Assembly: GCF_009914755.1 (NCBI RefSeq)
Contig: NC_060937.1
Source: the human T2T-CHM13v2.0 reference genome, Homo sapiens
Reading direction: 5' to 3' (one strand)
DNA length: 64,000 bases
Below the pieces are notes generated by a model, which was not told the origin of the DNA, did no database searches, and worked only from the letters and a program-made list of their open reading frames with translations. Positions 27,792-40,520 of the stretch are shown here, piece by piece. The translations under genes and the position numbers were made by a program. Positions within the stretch are counted from its first letter, which is position 1. Every line of letters starts with the position of its first letter.

Positions 27792-28040
27792 GTAAGTCAC
27801 ACACAGGAGAGGACAAGATTCACAGTTTGTATTAAACCATGATCAGTTTGTCATTCCTAGAAATCTCTAGGAAAACAAAAGAACAAAATTGATGAAATAA
27901 ATAAATGAAATAACCCGAGTCACACAGTATTAGAAAGATACATCTTCATACATGCAGTCACAAAAATTGATTGCCCTTTCAGCTTGCAGCACACCACATA
28001 ACCGTATATTATCATGTATTTTACTGTCTTGTCTTTGCAG

Positions 28041-28183
28041 TGCTATCATATGCGGAATGCATAAAACTTGCATCCATGTGTTGATGTTAAGCTGCCTCAA
28101 ATCCATGCTGAATGTAGATGGGATATCAATCAAAAATAAATGAGATATGTAAGAACTGTTGGCTTTTATGTGGGTGAATGGAG
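28041..28183 (+). ncRNA. Candidate non-coding exon (143 nt)
   Basis: Acceptor tattttactgtcttgtctttgcag|t and donor gag|gtgagt; stops in all three frames. Confidence 0.35.
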
Positions 28184-28446
28184 GTGAGTACAGTCAGTGA
28201 GTGCCCCTGTGCTAGTTTTAATAAAGAGAAAAGTAGGAACAAGTTAGTTGCAAAATGGACACAAACACCAATCTATTGCTGTTTTACTAAACAAATTGCC
28301 TGTGCTTAGAAGAGGAAACATAGGGCAGAATACATATTAATTTAAGGAGGGTTTGCTTTTAACTTTTGTTAAAGGTTTTTAAGTAGGACCGATTATTCTC
28401 ATTTTTAGATGAGGATCTAGGGCTTGGAGAACTCACAAGAACTGCA

Positions 28447-28908
28447 GTATATCAGTTCTCGCGCTGCCATAACAAAGTCCTGCAAGCTGGGTGGCTTAAA
28501 ACTACAGAAACCTATTCTCTCACAGTTCCAGAGGCTGGAAGTCTGAAATCAAGGTGTCTACAGGGCATATTCCCACTAAAATCCGTAGGAAAATCCTTCT
28601 TCACCTTGTCCACCTTCCGGGAGGCCCAGGCATTCCTTGGCTTGATGCCAATCTCTGCATCCCTCTGACCTGTGCTCTCAGCATCCCTTGGTGCTTTCCC
28701 TGTGGCTGTCTGTCATCACATGGCTGTCTTCTTCAAAGGACTCCAGTTATCCTGCATTAGGGACCCATCCTGCTCCAGTATGACCTCATCTTAACTAATG
28801 ACATCTGCAACAACCCAATTCCAAATATGGTCACTTTCTGAGGCATGGGGTGGGGGGTGGTTAGGACCTCAGCCTATCTCTTTGGGAAAGACACAATTCA
28901 ACCCATAG
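28447..28908 (-). mobile_element. MLT1B/C-like solo LTR
   Basis: atcagttctcgcgctgccataacaaagtcc...ggtggcttaaaactacagaaa...gacacaattcaacccatagca. Confidence 0.85.
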
Positions 28909-30799
28909 CACTTACCTAAAAGAACCAGGAAATTTAATGACATGATTGTGATCTTGCACTTCAGTATTCCCACTCCCCTTACAGGCACAGCAGAAAAAAT
29001 ATTTGAAGAAAAGGAAGGAGGGCAGGAGAGGGTGGATACTCTCATGCATTTCTGCATGGGAGCAGCCGCTTCCAAAACACCAGGCACTGTTGCAATTGTG
29101 GCAGAGACAACAGTGAGTGAGAGGATGCTGGTCCTAATGTCTTGGAGGTTCTATTTTGTGGAGGATGGAGAGAAGCAAAGCAAGTGATCAGTCCATCAGA
29201 CAATAAATAACAACGCAAATTAACAAGAGAAGTATAAGTCCATGTTAAGTACTATGTAGAGAAAAGACTAACCTCATACAATGCGGTCAGTCTGGCAGCT
29301 GCTATAGCGTGGGCATCCCAGCATGACTGATTTGGTTGAGGTTTGCAGCTTTCCACACTGGATGGTACACACAGCCTCTCTTTAAGTTTCTCTGGCCCAT
29401 TTGCTAGTTTTGCATTGTCACAATTTACAAATTGCAGATCCCACATACCTTTAGTTACAAAATTCCACATATCCTATTGCTCAGAGTTCCACTGTGACCC
29501 CCTCTCCACAGCCCACAGGACCCGCCCACGGCTGTGCTGCGCTTGTGCTCCACCCAGTTCCACCAAGCACATTCTATCGTGGGAGGTGTGGACTCCACGT
29601 GGGATGTTGCTGGGTTTTCGTGTTACATGACTGAAAATTAACATCTGAACTCAACATGCCCTAAACCTGCATGTCCTTTACAGAAGGGACATGAAACAGG
29701 ACCTATAATCCAAGACCCTGCCTCTGTGATTGCTCCACTCTCAGAGACAGAGTCAACCCTTCACTGTCTGGTATGTTCTGTGTGTGTGTGTGTGTGTCTG
29801 TGGGCACAAAACTTTCCAGAAAGCATTGCCCCTTCTAAACACGACCCTCTGGGGTGTCAAGCTAAGGTCAGTTAAAAACAAAGACAATGTTAGCTCAAAG
29901 ATCCCTAGGAAAGTGTGCCACGTTCATGGGTGTTCTCCACAGCATGGAAAGTAAGCAGTCTCCTGGGCCAGGACTGACTCAGAGACAGGCCTTGACAGGG
30001 CTTTGTAGAAATCAAAATGGCAAGAAATTTTCATCTGTGTTTTCCAATTCAACCTTCTCCTTGGCACATGAGTTCAATTACCCCACATTCCAGGGTTGGG
30101 TGGTGCTGGGAGGACCTTACTAGTGGGCTCCTTTGCCTTGAAGTTTGTCCTCTACATGCAAGTCCACTGACATCGGGCCTCCCAATGTCCCCTGCTGAGC
30201 CTTAGCCAAAAAGGAAAGCATTCGTTCTCCACTTCTCCCACCCGTAGGCCGGTCAAAGTCTGAAGCATGGTGGCGTGCTTCACCAGAATACTCTAGGCCC
30301 ATTAAAAAGGAAGAGAAGGTGAAGGCTCAATCACAGCAGTATGCAGATGTGTGCACCGTTAAAACCCAATTGACTTGAAGAAACTTCTAGCATCAAACAG
30401 GGAAGGGCTGAAGTAAGGAAGGATTCTACACATCAAGCTTACCACAAGATGACCTAGCCATTGTCCCATTCTCAGTTTCATTTTATGAACCTATTTCTTG
30501 ATTGTCACTACCCTCACTCACTTGGCGGGAATCTTGTTTCTGTTCTTGTTAAACCATGGGAGCTCCTCGCTGGAGATCTCCCAAAAGTCCATCGTCTACC
30601 AGATGCTCTACTGCCTTTGGCAGCCAACACCATTCTCACCCAGCAAGATGCTTCCTTTTGATCTGGGATCACATTAATTTTCCTCTTATCTCTCACACTG
30701 ATCCTTCTCAGTTTCTCTCCTAGGCCTTTGTGTTTGACTTCTTAGAAGCCTGTGTCTTCTAAGGACATTTTCTCTTTTCAACTTGCTGGCCTGGGAGTG

Positions 30800-31000
30800 A
30801 AATCCTGGCAACCTATGAGCTGTATGACCTTGGGGAACTCGCTTTCCCTCCTTCAGCCTCTATGTATTCAATGACAAAATGGAGACGATTATGGCATCAG
30901 CTTCAGTGGACTGTTATGAGGATCAAATAAGGCAATGTCTGCACACTGCTTAGCACATCACACAGCACATGGACAGCAAGGAGGTAGCGTGCAGCTATCG
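30800..31000 (+). mobile_element. MIR
   Basis: gagctgtatgaccttggggaactcgctttccctccttcagcctc...aaaatggagacgatt...ctgttatgaggatcaaataaggc. Confidence 0.75.
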
Positions 31001-31329
31001 CTTGCATTTGTGCCTTTGAAAGAGCAGCTCTTCTTTTGGAAAAAAAAAATTCCGTAAGTTATTGGGGTACAGGTGGTATTTGGACTGCCGTCTCCTCTCT
31101 GTTCAGCTTGTAGAACTTCAACTCATCTTTAAACGTCCCCTCAGTCACTGTTCCTCAGAGAAATGGGGCTAGCTTCCTCTTTCTCCCACCATAGAACTGA
31201 GTGAACTGCCCTCTCCCCAAGTCTTCAATGGCATTTTGTCCATCTCTCTAGTAACATGATTATTTTATTGTTTTTGAGTTCCATTACTTTATTATATTTG
31301 GTGATTTTCTTCCATAGACTGTAATATTC

Positions 31330-31622
31330 TTTCTTCTGATATAGAGTCTTGCTCTGTTGCCCAGGCTGGAATGCAGTGGTGTGATCTTGGCTGACTACAG
31401 CCTTGACCTCCAAGGCTCAAGGGATCCTCCCACCTCAGCCTCCCGAGTATCTGGAACTACAGATGCACGCCACCAGGACCAACAAATTTTTGTGTCCTTT
31501 TTTGTAGAGATGGGGTTTTGCCATGTGGCCTAGGCTGGTCTCAAACTTGTGGCCTGAAGTGATCCGCCTGTCTCAGCCTCCCAAAGTGCTATGATTACAG
31601 GTGTCAGCCATCATGCTCTGCT
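31330..31622 (-). mobile_element. AluJ, antisense, inserted in an L2 remnant
   Basis: ctacagccttgacctccaaggctcaagggatcctcccacctcagcc; degenerate TSD gactgtaatattctt / gagtgtaagattctt. Confidence 0.9.
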
Positions 31623-31702
31623 GAGTGTAAGATTCTTAAAGACCAGAGACTTTGTCTTGTCCCCAGCTCAGGGTAAATGGAAAATTGATGCATGTTGATG
31701 AC

Positions 31703-32692
31703 TGTATCAGCTATCTATAGCTGTGTAACAAATTATCCCAAAACTTAGCAGACTAAGACTTGTATTAGTCTGATAGAGCTACCACAACAAAATACCACTG
31801 ATTATGTGGCTTAAACAATAGGAATTAATTTTCTGGCAGTTTTTGAGGCTGAAAGTCCAAGATAAGGGGTTAGCAGGTTTGGCTTCTCCTGAGGACTCTC
31901 TCCTTGGCTTACAGACAGCTGCCTTCTGGCTGTGTCCTCACATGGGCTCTGTGTACAGATCCGTACCGTAATCCCTTCTTCTTATAAAGACACCAGCTCC
32001 ACTGCATCAGGGCCCCACCCTCATGACTGCATTTAACCTTAACTACCTCCTTAAACACACTATCTCAAATACAGTCCCATTGAGGGGTAGGTCTTTCACA
32101 TAGGAATTCAGGGGGGACACAATTCAGTGTGTAAAGTGGCTCGAACAACACATATTACCCCAGTTCTCATGGATCAGAAATCTGGCCATGACTTAGGTGG
32201 TCCTTGGGCTCAGAGCCTTTCCCAGGCTGGGACCAGGTTGTCATCCAGGCTGGTGTCACCTCAGTGCTCCACTGGAGAGGGCCACCTCTGGGCTCACTAA
32301 TGTAGCTTCGTCAGGCTTCACTTTCTTGAGGGCATTGAGCTGAGGGTCTTAGTTGGGGACTGGCTGGAGGCTGCCCTCAGCCTTTTGTCATGTGAGCTTT
32401 CTAGCTGCATCTGTCAAGGCAAGCATTTCGGAAGAGATAAGTGGAGGGGAGGACTGAGAGAGAGAAACAGAAAGAGAGAAGAGAGGCAGGGGGCAGGCAA
32501 GCTAGCAACACAGAAGTCCCAGTCCTCTGTGACATGATCTCAGAAGTGAATCCATCCCTCCTGCCGCACATACTCTATTCCTCAGAAGCAAGTCACTAGC
32601 TCCAGCCCACACTGGTGGGAAGAGGATTATGTAAGACCATGAAAGCCAGAGATGGGAATCCCTGGGACTCACTGTGGAATGCCACCCACCAC
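31703..32692 (-). mobile_element. Older MLT1 (E/F-like) LTR with a nested MLT1A0-like LTR at about 31762-32132
   Basis: Two MaLR starts in series (tgtatcagctatctatagctgtgtaacaaattatccc; tgtattagtctgatagagctaccacaacaaaatacc). The outer element resumes after ggggacacaattcagt and ends gccacccaccaca. Confidence 0.8.
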
Positions 32693-33526
32693 AAACATTG
32701 ACCCCTCCTGGCCTGGGGATGAGACTACACACAAAACAAGGAGGCCCTGCTTGCAGTGTTGAAACAGGTGATGATGATGATGTTGGCATGACAGTTCCAT
32801 TTGTGTCGCAGGTAAACATGTACAAGGTACTTTCTTAGAGAATGTTTCTGAGAGATTAGACTTTTGACAGAACACATTGCCCCCATCTCAGGAGCCCTGA
32901 GTGAAGCTGGGAATCATGATTAGGTCTGCACCGGCAGCACTCACACCTGCCACCTGTTTGAAGTGGCAAGCGCGTCATTCCTCCTTTCGGGTGTGTGTGA
33001 GCAAGCTCCAGCAGCAGGCTGTAGGGATGCTTAGAAAGGAGCCTCTTAGGGGGTAGGGGGTTCCCTGCAGGCTTAGCTGCAAAGGGCCAGAGGTCGGCTT
33101 GCTCCGTTTAAGATTAAAGTGACAGGCACACGCTTGCCCAGAGTGTCCTTTCTAACAGAGGCACACTCTGAGCCCAGGGTTGTAGATTCTGTGGCCAAGA
33201 ACGCTATGTAGTTAGTTTGAGTTATTAAACATTTGTTATGAAATATCTAATATTTACCAGAATTGTTCTTTTCTATCTACAACATCTTTTATTGCCAAGA
33301 ACTATATGCTGGTAAAGCTACTAGCATCACAATAACTGTCCCTCGTGTAAGTAGGGTTATGAAAGATCAGGATAAACATTTAATTTTAATGCTGTTTGTG
33401 AGCTTTCTCTGATTACACAGGAAGCTGTGTCCAGGGGTCTTAGGAGCCCCTGACAATAAACAAGTTCCACAGAACATGTCACCCAGGTAAAGCCTGATTT
33501 GGCAGAGCAGAGCTTTCTTCAATACC

Positions 33527-33950
33527 TGTTGTGGGGTAGCTTGTGTCCGCCAAATGCATGCTGGAGTCCTAACCCCCACGACCTCAGAATGTGGCCTTAT
33601 TTGGAAATAGTCTTTGCAGAGGGGATCAAGTACAGATGAGGCCATGAGGATGGGCTCTAACGCCTCGTGACTAGAGTATCTAGAAGGAGCAATTTGAACC
33701 TAAATGCACACAGGGAGAATGGCATGTGGAGACAGAGGTGCAGCTCAGGGTGATGCTTCCCTGAGCCAAGGAGCCCACAGATGGCCGGCAGACCCCCAGA
33801 GGCTGGGGAGGGGAGCGGAACGGATGCTTCCTGTAGCCCCTTGCTCTTGGACTTTTGCCCCCTGGAGCTGGGAGGCAATCGCTTCCATGGCTCAGGCCCC
33901 TCAGGTAGCACTTTGCCTGCAGCAGCCCAGGGAGCATCAGCACCTCTGCT
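33527..33950 (+). mobile_element. MLT1B-like solo LTR
   Basis: gagtcctaacccccacgacctcagaatgtggccttatttggaaatagtctttgcaga...gccaaggagcccacagatggccggcagacccccagaggctgggg. Confidence 0.8.
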
Positions 33951-34902
33951 TTCAGCCACTGGGCGTGACTCTGGAATTGAGGGCTGCAGTTACTTTGGGA
34001 CAATCTCTTTAGCCCTTTGACTCCTCCCTTTTTTATTAAATCCCTCACAGACCCCATCTGCAGAACCCTGCTGTAGGCCTCCATTTCATTATGTGGTTTC
34101 ATTCCTAGAATTAAGGAGAGTAAATCTTCAAGGATTTGGCCTTTGAATGGGCCTCTTTTTTTTTTTTCCTTCACGCTTGTCTAATATTGCTTGCAGGTTC
34201 TTACTTAGGCTGCCGTTTAGTGTTAGGATGACCCCACATGAAGGAATTTATACTAACGCGAAGTCCTTCTAAACATGCCCTAAGTGAAATAAAGATTAAA
34301 TGAGAAAAAGAAAACCTCATGCAAATGTTTGCAATGATGTCATAACAGACTGAAACAAAGAAGACTTCTCTTAAAAAAAAAAAAGCAAGAAAAAGATAAG
34401 AAAAAACAAAGAAATGTATTGATTGATTGATTCACTCACTGTATAAGCATAGTTTTAGCAAAAATTTTTGACCAGATATTGTACTAGGTATTGAAGATAG
34501 GAAGAAAATTGGAATATTCTCAGTTGAGTATTTCTGATTTGTCTTTTACCTCTTCAATCATTTAATTTGTAAAGGCTTCTGCTCCAGAGCAGCTGCCCTG
34601 GGACACCAAGAAGACGCTGGGTCTCCTTCAGGGATCCAGGGTTGCTTGGATGCTGGGAGCCGACCTGCATTCGCTGAAGGAAGTGGAGCCCAGACCTCAT
34701 GACAGATAATTCCAGCAAAACCAGTACCTCGCCTACTGAAAAATTACCTTCACTCATCATCTACCTTGCTTAAACTCATCGGACATTTCTCAGTTTTCTA
34801 CTCCCCGGTGTGCTTTAAGCTTTGCTATAAAGCATCAACATCTATCATCACCCTAACTTCTTAAATCAATTTTAGTGCCTATTAAAAGTTGCCATCAAAA
34901 AA

Positions 34903-35115
34903 GACTATAGTTAATAACAATGTGTTGCATATTTGAAAATTGCTACCAAGGCAGATTTTGAGTGTTTTCACCACAAAACCTATGTGAGATGATACATATG
35001 TTAATTAGCTTGATTTAGCCATTTCCTCATGGGCACATATTTCCAGACATCATGTTGTATACCATAAATACAGGATATACAATTTGATTTGTCAATTAAA
35101 ACAAATAAATAAAAA
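34903..35115 (+). mobile_element. L1MA 3' end fragment
   Basis: gactatagttaataacaatgtgttgcatatttgaaaattgct...gttaattagcttgatttagccatt...aataaataaaaa. Confidence 0.85.
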
Positions 35116-38100
35116 GGCCTCTGTGTGTGTTTGCACGTGTGTGTCTGTCCTCATATACTTGTCCCTTTTGTAAAACTTCTGCAACTGAAGTTTTAGGGCA
35201 AGAGCAGGCTGATTTTTTAAGATCTTTGTTATAGCAATAAGTTACCAGAATGCTAATTTATAGTAAAGAAGCCCCTGCCAGTGGCATGACAAAGAGCCAC
35301 GGGCTGGCAGAGAGCAGATAGCACGCTGCAGAGGGATACTGTGTCTCTCCTTTGTTCCAGTTTCTCTGGTGCCCTGATTTTTCACAGCCTTGGCCCAGTG
35401 TGTGTTGTTTTTGTCTCCATCCAGGCAGCAAGCGCTGTAAAGAGTAGAAAATGCCAGAATCTGTCGGCGGCAGCAGAGGCAGTGGCAAAAATAGAAAAAT
35501 CCATTCAAAGCATGTGGGTCACCAGTCTCAGAATTCCCAAATGGGAGCAGGCAGAAAGGAGGGATTCAACAAAGCTCCACACCCTCCCCGCCCTCCACCT
35601 CCCGAGTGGGAAGCTGGGCACCTGTGCCCAGTGGGTTCCCCTTGGTTCGGCCACTGTGCCTTGCCACCATCCTGATGGAAGCTCACTCACTCTTTCCCTG
35701 CTTGTTCATTCTGCAGACTTCCCAGGGCCCTGGGGATCTAAGCAGGGTAATGAGTGTGCCGCCTTATCAGGCACGAGGGCTCCTATCTCTGCCAGGCACC
35801 TGCACCCAAGAGGGAGAGGAGCCCATGACGCGCATCACTTGCTGGCCCAGAAAAGAGCTTCCTGGGGATTCCCAGCCCTTTGAAAATCCAGAGGGAAAAG
35901 TTCTCCCTTTTTTGTGCTCTCCCTGCTTGACTTTGCAAGCCCGTGAGCCTCCAGCAGTGTCCTGAGCGTGAATGGCACTCGGTCCTCACCATGCCACCCT
36001 CTGCTGAAGTGATGCCTCAGCTTGCAGGCCAAAGGCACAGAAATCTGAGTTTCCTGAGGAGGCCCAGGACTCCCTTCGTCATCTCATGAGGGAGAAAGCT
36101 CCTGTAGAGCAGTGGAGAAGCAGCTACGAGTGCAATGCACAGACAGAAACCAACACGCTGCTCCAAGTGGTGTTATTCGTGTGCCCCCAACACTGGGGGA
36201 AATCCAGGAAGTCACCGGAGGGAAGGGACAGTGTCTCCCGCTGTACTTAGCTTGTCCTCAGCCAGAAGCGTTTCCCAGTTCCTGGTGCTGCTATTGCAAT
36301 GTGCACACTTTTCTCCTGTGCTCACCCCACTGTTTTCCAAAAATCACTTCCCAGGATGATGGGAGGCCAAGGGAACACTGCCTCGATTCCACACCCCCTC
36401 AGTCTCCCGATCCAGCAGTAGCCCACCCACGTTCCCCTCATTCCTCTCCACCTTCATCTCATAGGAAGGGTGGCGGGGAAGGAAACTCACACAGGTCGCA
36501 CACCTGCAAGGTGCCAGGCACCTGTCACCGGCCACGTGTGCCTTTCTCCAATCTTCACCATGACTCAGGGACAGGGTGTTCTGTGACCGCATCACAGCTG
36601 TGCCTCACAAAGGCCTTCCAGAGCACTGGCTGTGTTCAAGCCAGTCCTCACTAACTGCAAATATGGTCAGACCAGCTCCGGCACACCCTCTCCTTCCAAC
36701 CCCAGCAGGCTGATGCACTCTCACGCCACGCATCGCACTCTCCTTTCCTTTGTCATCTTCCTGTCCTGTCCTCTGGGGTCATGCTTGCTGAATCCATGCT
36801 GCCAGCCTCCCAGCACCTGCCCCCAGCATTTTCACCCAGAGCTTGTTCACATTCACCCATGAACTGGACGTGAAAAGCAGGACACTTGCTGATACCGGGG
36901 ACAAGGAGCCACAGAGAGGACCCACCAGAAGTGCCTTTAGTGGGGAAAGGGCTTGCGGGGAAAAGCGCCCTCAGCCCTGCGCTAACTCAGAAGTTAAGCT
37001 ACCGGAGGCTGCAGCTCCAGGAGAGGCCGACCTGTCTGACTCTCAAGCCCTCTGTGGGTCGGGTTCATGTCACTTCTTCTGTGAAATACTTCTGTAAAAC
37101 AAATTAACACCGGCGGCCCCTGCAGTGCACAACCCGCTGAAACCCCTGCACTCCTCCCCAGGGAAGCTGTGCCCATCTGCCCTTTGGAAAATTCACCCCT
37201 CTGGGCAGGAGGAAATGGAAACAGGGCTGTCCCTCGGCGCTGGATTTGAGCCCTAAAGACATCTCAGCCTGGAAGTGTTTGTGCAGGGCACATGACTGTG
37301 ATATATATATCATATATATCATAGTAAGGGTGTAGCACACTTAGTAATTTACACTCATACTTTATTCAGAAAAATATTTCAGAAACCATGTTCGATGGAG
37401 CCAATTGTACACAGGGAAATATTAAACTATGCGGCACTTAAAACAGTTCCAGCTTCTAGCGTAACAGAAGAGCTGTGTCTACATTGATTGACACAGCCTT
37501 CCATTTTTAAGCAAACATTTTACAAGCTTGTACTCATTCTCTCCATGTTGTATTAAGTTTTATATTTGACATTGTATTTAAAGCATTTACCATATTATTT
37601 CAATAGTATTTTCTACGAATATTTCCATATAATTACAAAGTTTCCACAATCATTAAACAGCTAGCTTGGTATTCTGCTGAATAAATAGATAAATGTGGCT
37701 ATAATAGTCCCTCTACTACTTTTCTTTTTCCTTTTGTAAATAATTTTGTTCAACGTATTTCTTCATCAGGCTTTTTTCTTCATATTTAGATACATTACAT
37801 TAGGATGCATTTCCAGAAAAGTAATAATAAATCAAAGAATGGTGCTACTAAATTGCCACCTAAAAGATTATACCAACCCAGGCTCCCATGAATGGGAGGG
37901 AGGCCTATTTCACAGAACTCTCGTCTGTGTTAAGTATTATTATTTTTAAAATTTGGATATTTGAAAAGTGGAAAAAATAGCCCTTCATTGTTTATCTTCA
38001 TTTATTTGACATTTAAACTTAAATATCTTTTCAAGTATTTGCCAATTTTCACTTGCTGTGTAACCTGTGCCTCTGTCCCCACCAAAAGGCCCGCATGCTT

Positions 38101-39211
38101 TTAAACAATGGAATGATTTTACACCTGCATTGCCTTGTCCAGGTGGCCACCCCACCCCAGGACCCCCAGTCTCCAGTCTGGAGTGACCCCTCTCTGGTGG
38201 CAGTTGCCCAGCACGCCTCTCTGTCAGGGCCTCTGTAGCTAAACACTGGGGCCAGGTCCCCCGCGGGGTCACGATTCCTTTCCTCCTGGAATCTTGGCAT
38301 GAGGCACTGGGGGGGAAATCCATGACTTCAGAAGGAGCGAGAGCCTCTTCCGGTGGAAACAGCCCTCTGAGCCTAGAGTCTCCGGACCTCCAGAGCCCAA
38401 GCCACAGGACTGGAACGTAGCTCCCCAGGTCAGTGAAGAGGGTGATGAGGGGCCACTCCTACTTCTGACACTTGGTTCCCAGATCATCATTGGCTGGCTC
38501 TCCACAGCACATCACTCTTCTGAAGCTTTGTTCTTCTCTTTTCCTCTGCCATGGCAGTTCCAGCATTTTCAGTTCACTGAGTGAGACCCCTCATCTTCTC
38601 TAGGCATCCACAAGCCCTGACAGCCTCAGCACCGTTTCCCGGGGTCCTTGCTAAGGCATTAACTTTGTACAACAGGAGCCTCCCATATCAGTGGACTTCC
38701 CTCTCTTACCCAGTGTCTGGCCCCCATATATTTGAACACCCTTGGAATCCAACCCCACCTCCAGCCTCCTGGCTCCTGCTGCGAAGATTGGCTAGTCCTG
38801 TCTCTCCCTCAGTGTAAAGTCTCTGCCTCCCTTTGCAGATGCTGTCCTTTCGTAATTGAGGCCTGTTATGACCTGGAGGAGTTGGGGGATGGATTCTGCG
38901 TGTACGTGGAGGGCATACCTTGCAAGGTCTCAAGCAATGCAAATGTTAGCCCTTAATGGGACACACAGGCCACTCCTGTAGGCTCAGAGGGTTGGAGGCA
39001 TCTAGGGAGTCAAGATTTCCATGTTCACTGGCCCCGGTATCCTGGCCCTGGTGTTCAGAGACCTGAGCTTGCCATGGCAGATTTGCTGAGGTTATGAATT
39101 CAGTCTTCTCTGGGGCCCCACGACCCTGACAAGAAAGTAGTACCTCCACTTCTCAGCTTCTTCTGTCCTCCAGTCAAAGTAGAGAATAATCCTGAGATTT
39201 TGCCAAGGAGG

Positions 39212-39381
39212 GTGTCTTAGTCAGCTCAGGCCACCGTAACACATTGCTGTAAGCTGGGCGGCTTCAACAACAGATGAAGTCCAGGATCAAGGTGGAAGCC
39301 AGTTTGTTTCCTGGTGACGGCCATCTTCTTGGTTGGGGGTGGGGGGCAGCCACCTTCCTGCTGTGTTCTTACACTGTTGAA

Positions 39382-39418
<37 letters not shown>

Positions 39419-39615
39419 ACGCTCTGGTGTTTCCTCCTCTTCTTTATCAGGGCACTGCCCATCACACAGTCTCTACCTTCATGACCTCATCTAAACCTAG
39501 TCGCCTCCCAAAGGCCCCTCCTCCCAATACCATCATATTGAGGGTCAGGGCTTCAACATATAAATTGTGTGTGGAGGGGTGCGGGGTGAGGACACAAACA
39601 TTCAGTCCCTAATAG
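39212..39615 (-). mobile_element. MLT1A0-like solo LTR with (GA)n
   Basis: tgtcttagtcagctcaggccaccgtaac...atgacctcatctaaacctagtcgcctcccaaaggcccc...gacacaaacattcagtcc. Confidence 0.85.
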
Positions 39616-39667
39616 AGGTCCCAATTTGCCTGAAATTAAACACTCTCAGCTTTCATTTTCTCTCCCC

Positions 39668-39886
39668 AGTGCAAGGTTTCTCAATTATGGCACTATGGGT
39701 ATTGGAGCCTGAACATTCTTTGTTTGAGGGGCTGTCCTGTGCACTGTAAGGTGTTTAGCAGAATCCCTGCTCTCTACCCACCAGATGCCAGTAGCAACTC
39801 CCCTCTCAACTGTCATAACCAAAATGTCCCCAGACATTGCCATATATCCCGAGGAGCACAATGCACCTTTGATGAGAACCATTGCT
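39668..39886. mobile_element. MER20 (hAT-Charlie)
   Basis: ggggctgtcctgtgcactgtaaggtgtttagcagaatccctg...agatgccagtagca...aaccaaaatgtccccagacattgcc. Confidence 0.9.
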
Positions 39887-40104
39887 CTATTGCATCAACA
39901 GCCTTTAGAAAGCAACACTGGCAACACCCAGATAATGCCTGTGCCTGTGGGTTCCCTTCCACTCCCCTCTCAGCCCAGGTCACCTGGAAGTTTTGACAGT
40001 TGCAACACTATGGCATTCCAGAGGCCATCTATTCTCTGAGTAGCATGAGTGATGGTTCTCACAGCTAGACCACTGGCTGCTTCTGCCGGCTGCCTTGGCA
40101 GTAG

Positions 40105-40520
40105 GTCTTTTAGGTCAAGTTCCACAGGAAGCAGACTGTGAGATGTACATCTGCATACAGAAAGGACACTGGGGACCGTAGCTGGAACAGCACCTCTTGG
40201 GAGTCAGGAAGCAGGACTACACAGAAGCTGTTGAACTGTAATGCCGGTAAGTCAGAGGCTTCCACTGATTTCACTGGGAGCATGGAGCTGGAATTAAGGC
40301 AAGGGCTCGGTTTTTATGTGCCTACATCAACCAGTCACCGGATGGGGCTACCGTGAGGAGGGATAAAGTCTTGCCCATGGCAGCTCCCTTCAGCTCAGGC
40401 AGGTCCCAGAGAGGGACTCTGCGGTAATGCTGCAACAGCCAGTGCTCTGGGGAGCGGGGAAATGAGCTCCTGTCCTGGAGAGGGGATTTGGGCTGCACAC
40501 CACGGTGGCCATCTCTTCTA
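40105..40520. mobile_element. LTR33-like ERVL LTR
   Basis: caggaagcagactgtgagatg...gttgaactgtaatgc...cagaggcttccactgatttcactgggagcatggagctgg...accagtcaccggatggggct. Confidence 0.6.

Noticed and set aside
26101-28980. Strong minus-strand donor motifs (gcacttacc at about 26101 and about 28908)
   Set aside because: The paired acceptors are weak or atypical and no consistent exon chain emerges.
35341-36654. Two 180-aa ORFs (35341-35883 and 36112-36654)
   Set aside because: Non-ATG starts, no recognisable domain, and stop-poor frames are expected in GC-rich DNA.
38180-38205. Partial CTCF-like motif (reverse complement ctgccaccagagagggg)
   Set aside because: The 3' half does not match the GGCGC core; too weak to call without ChIP data.
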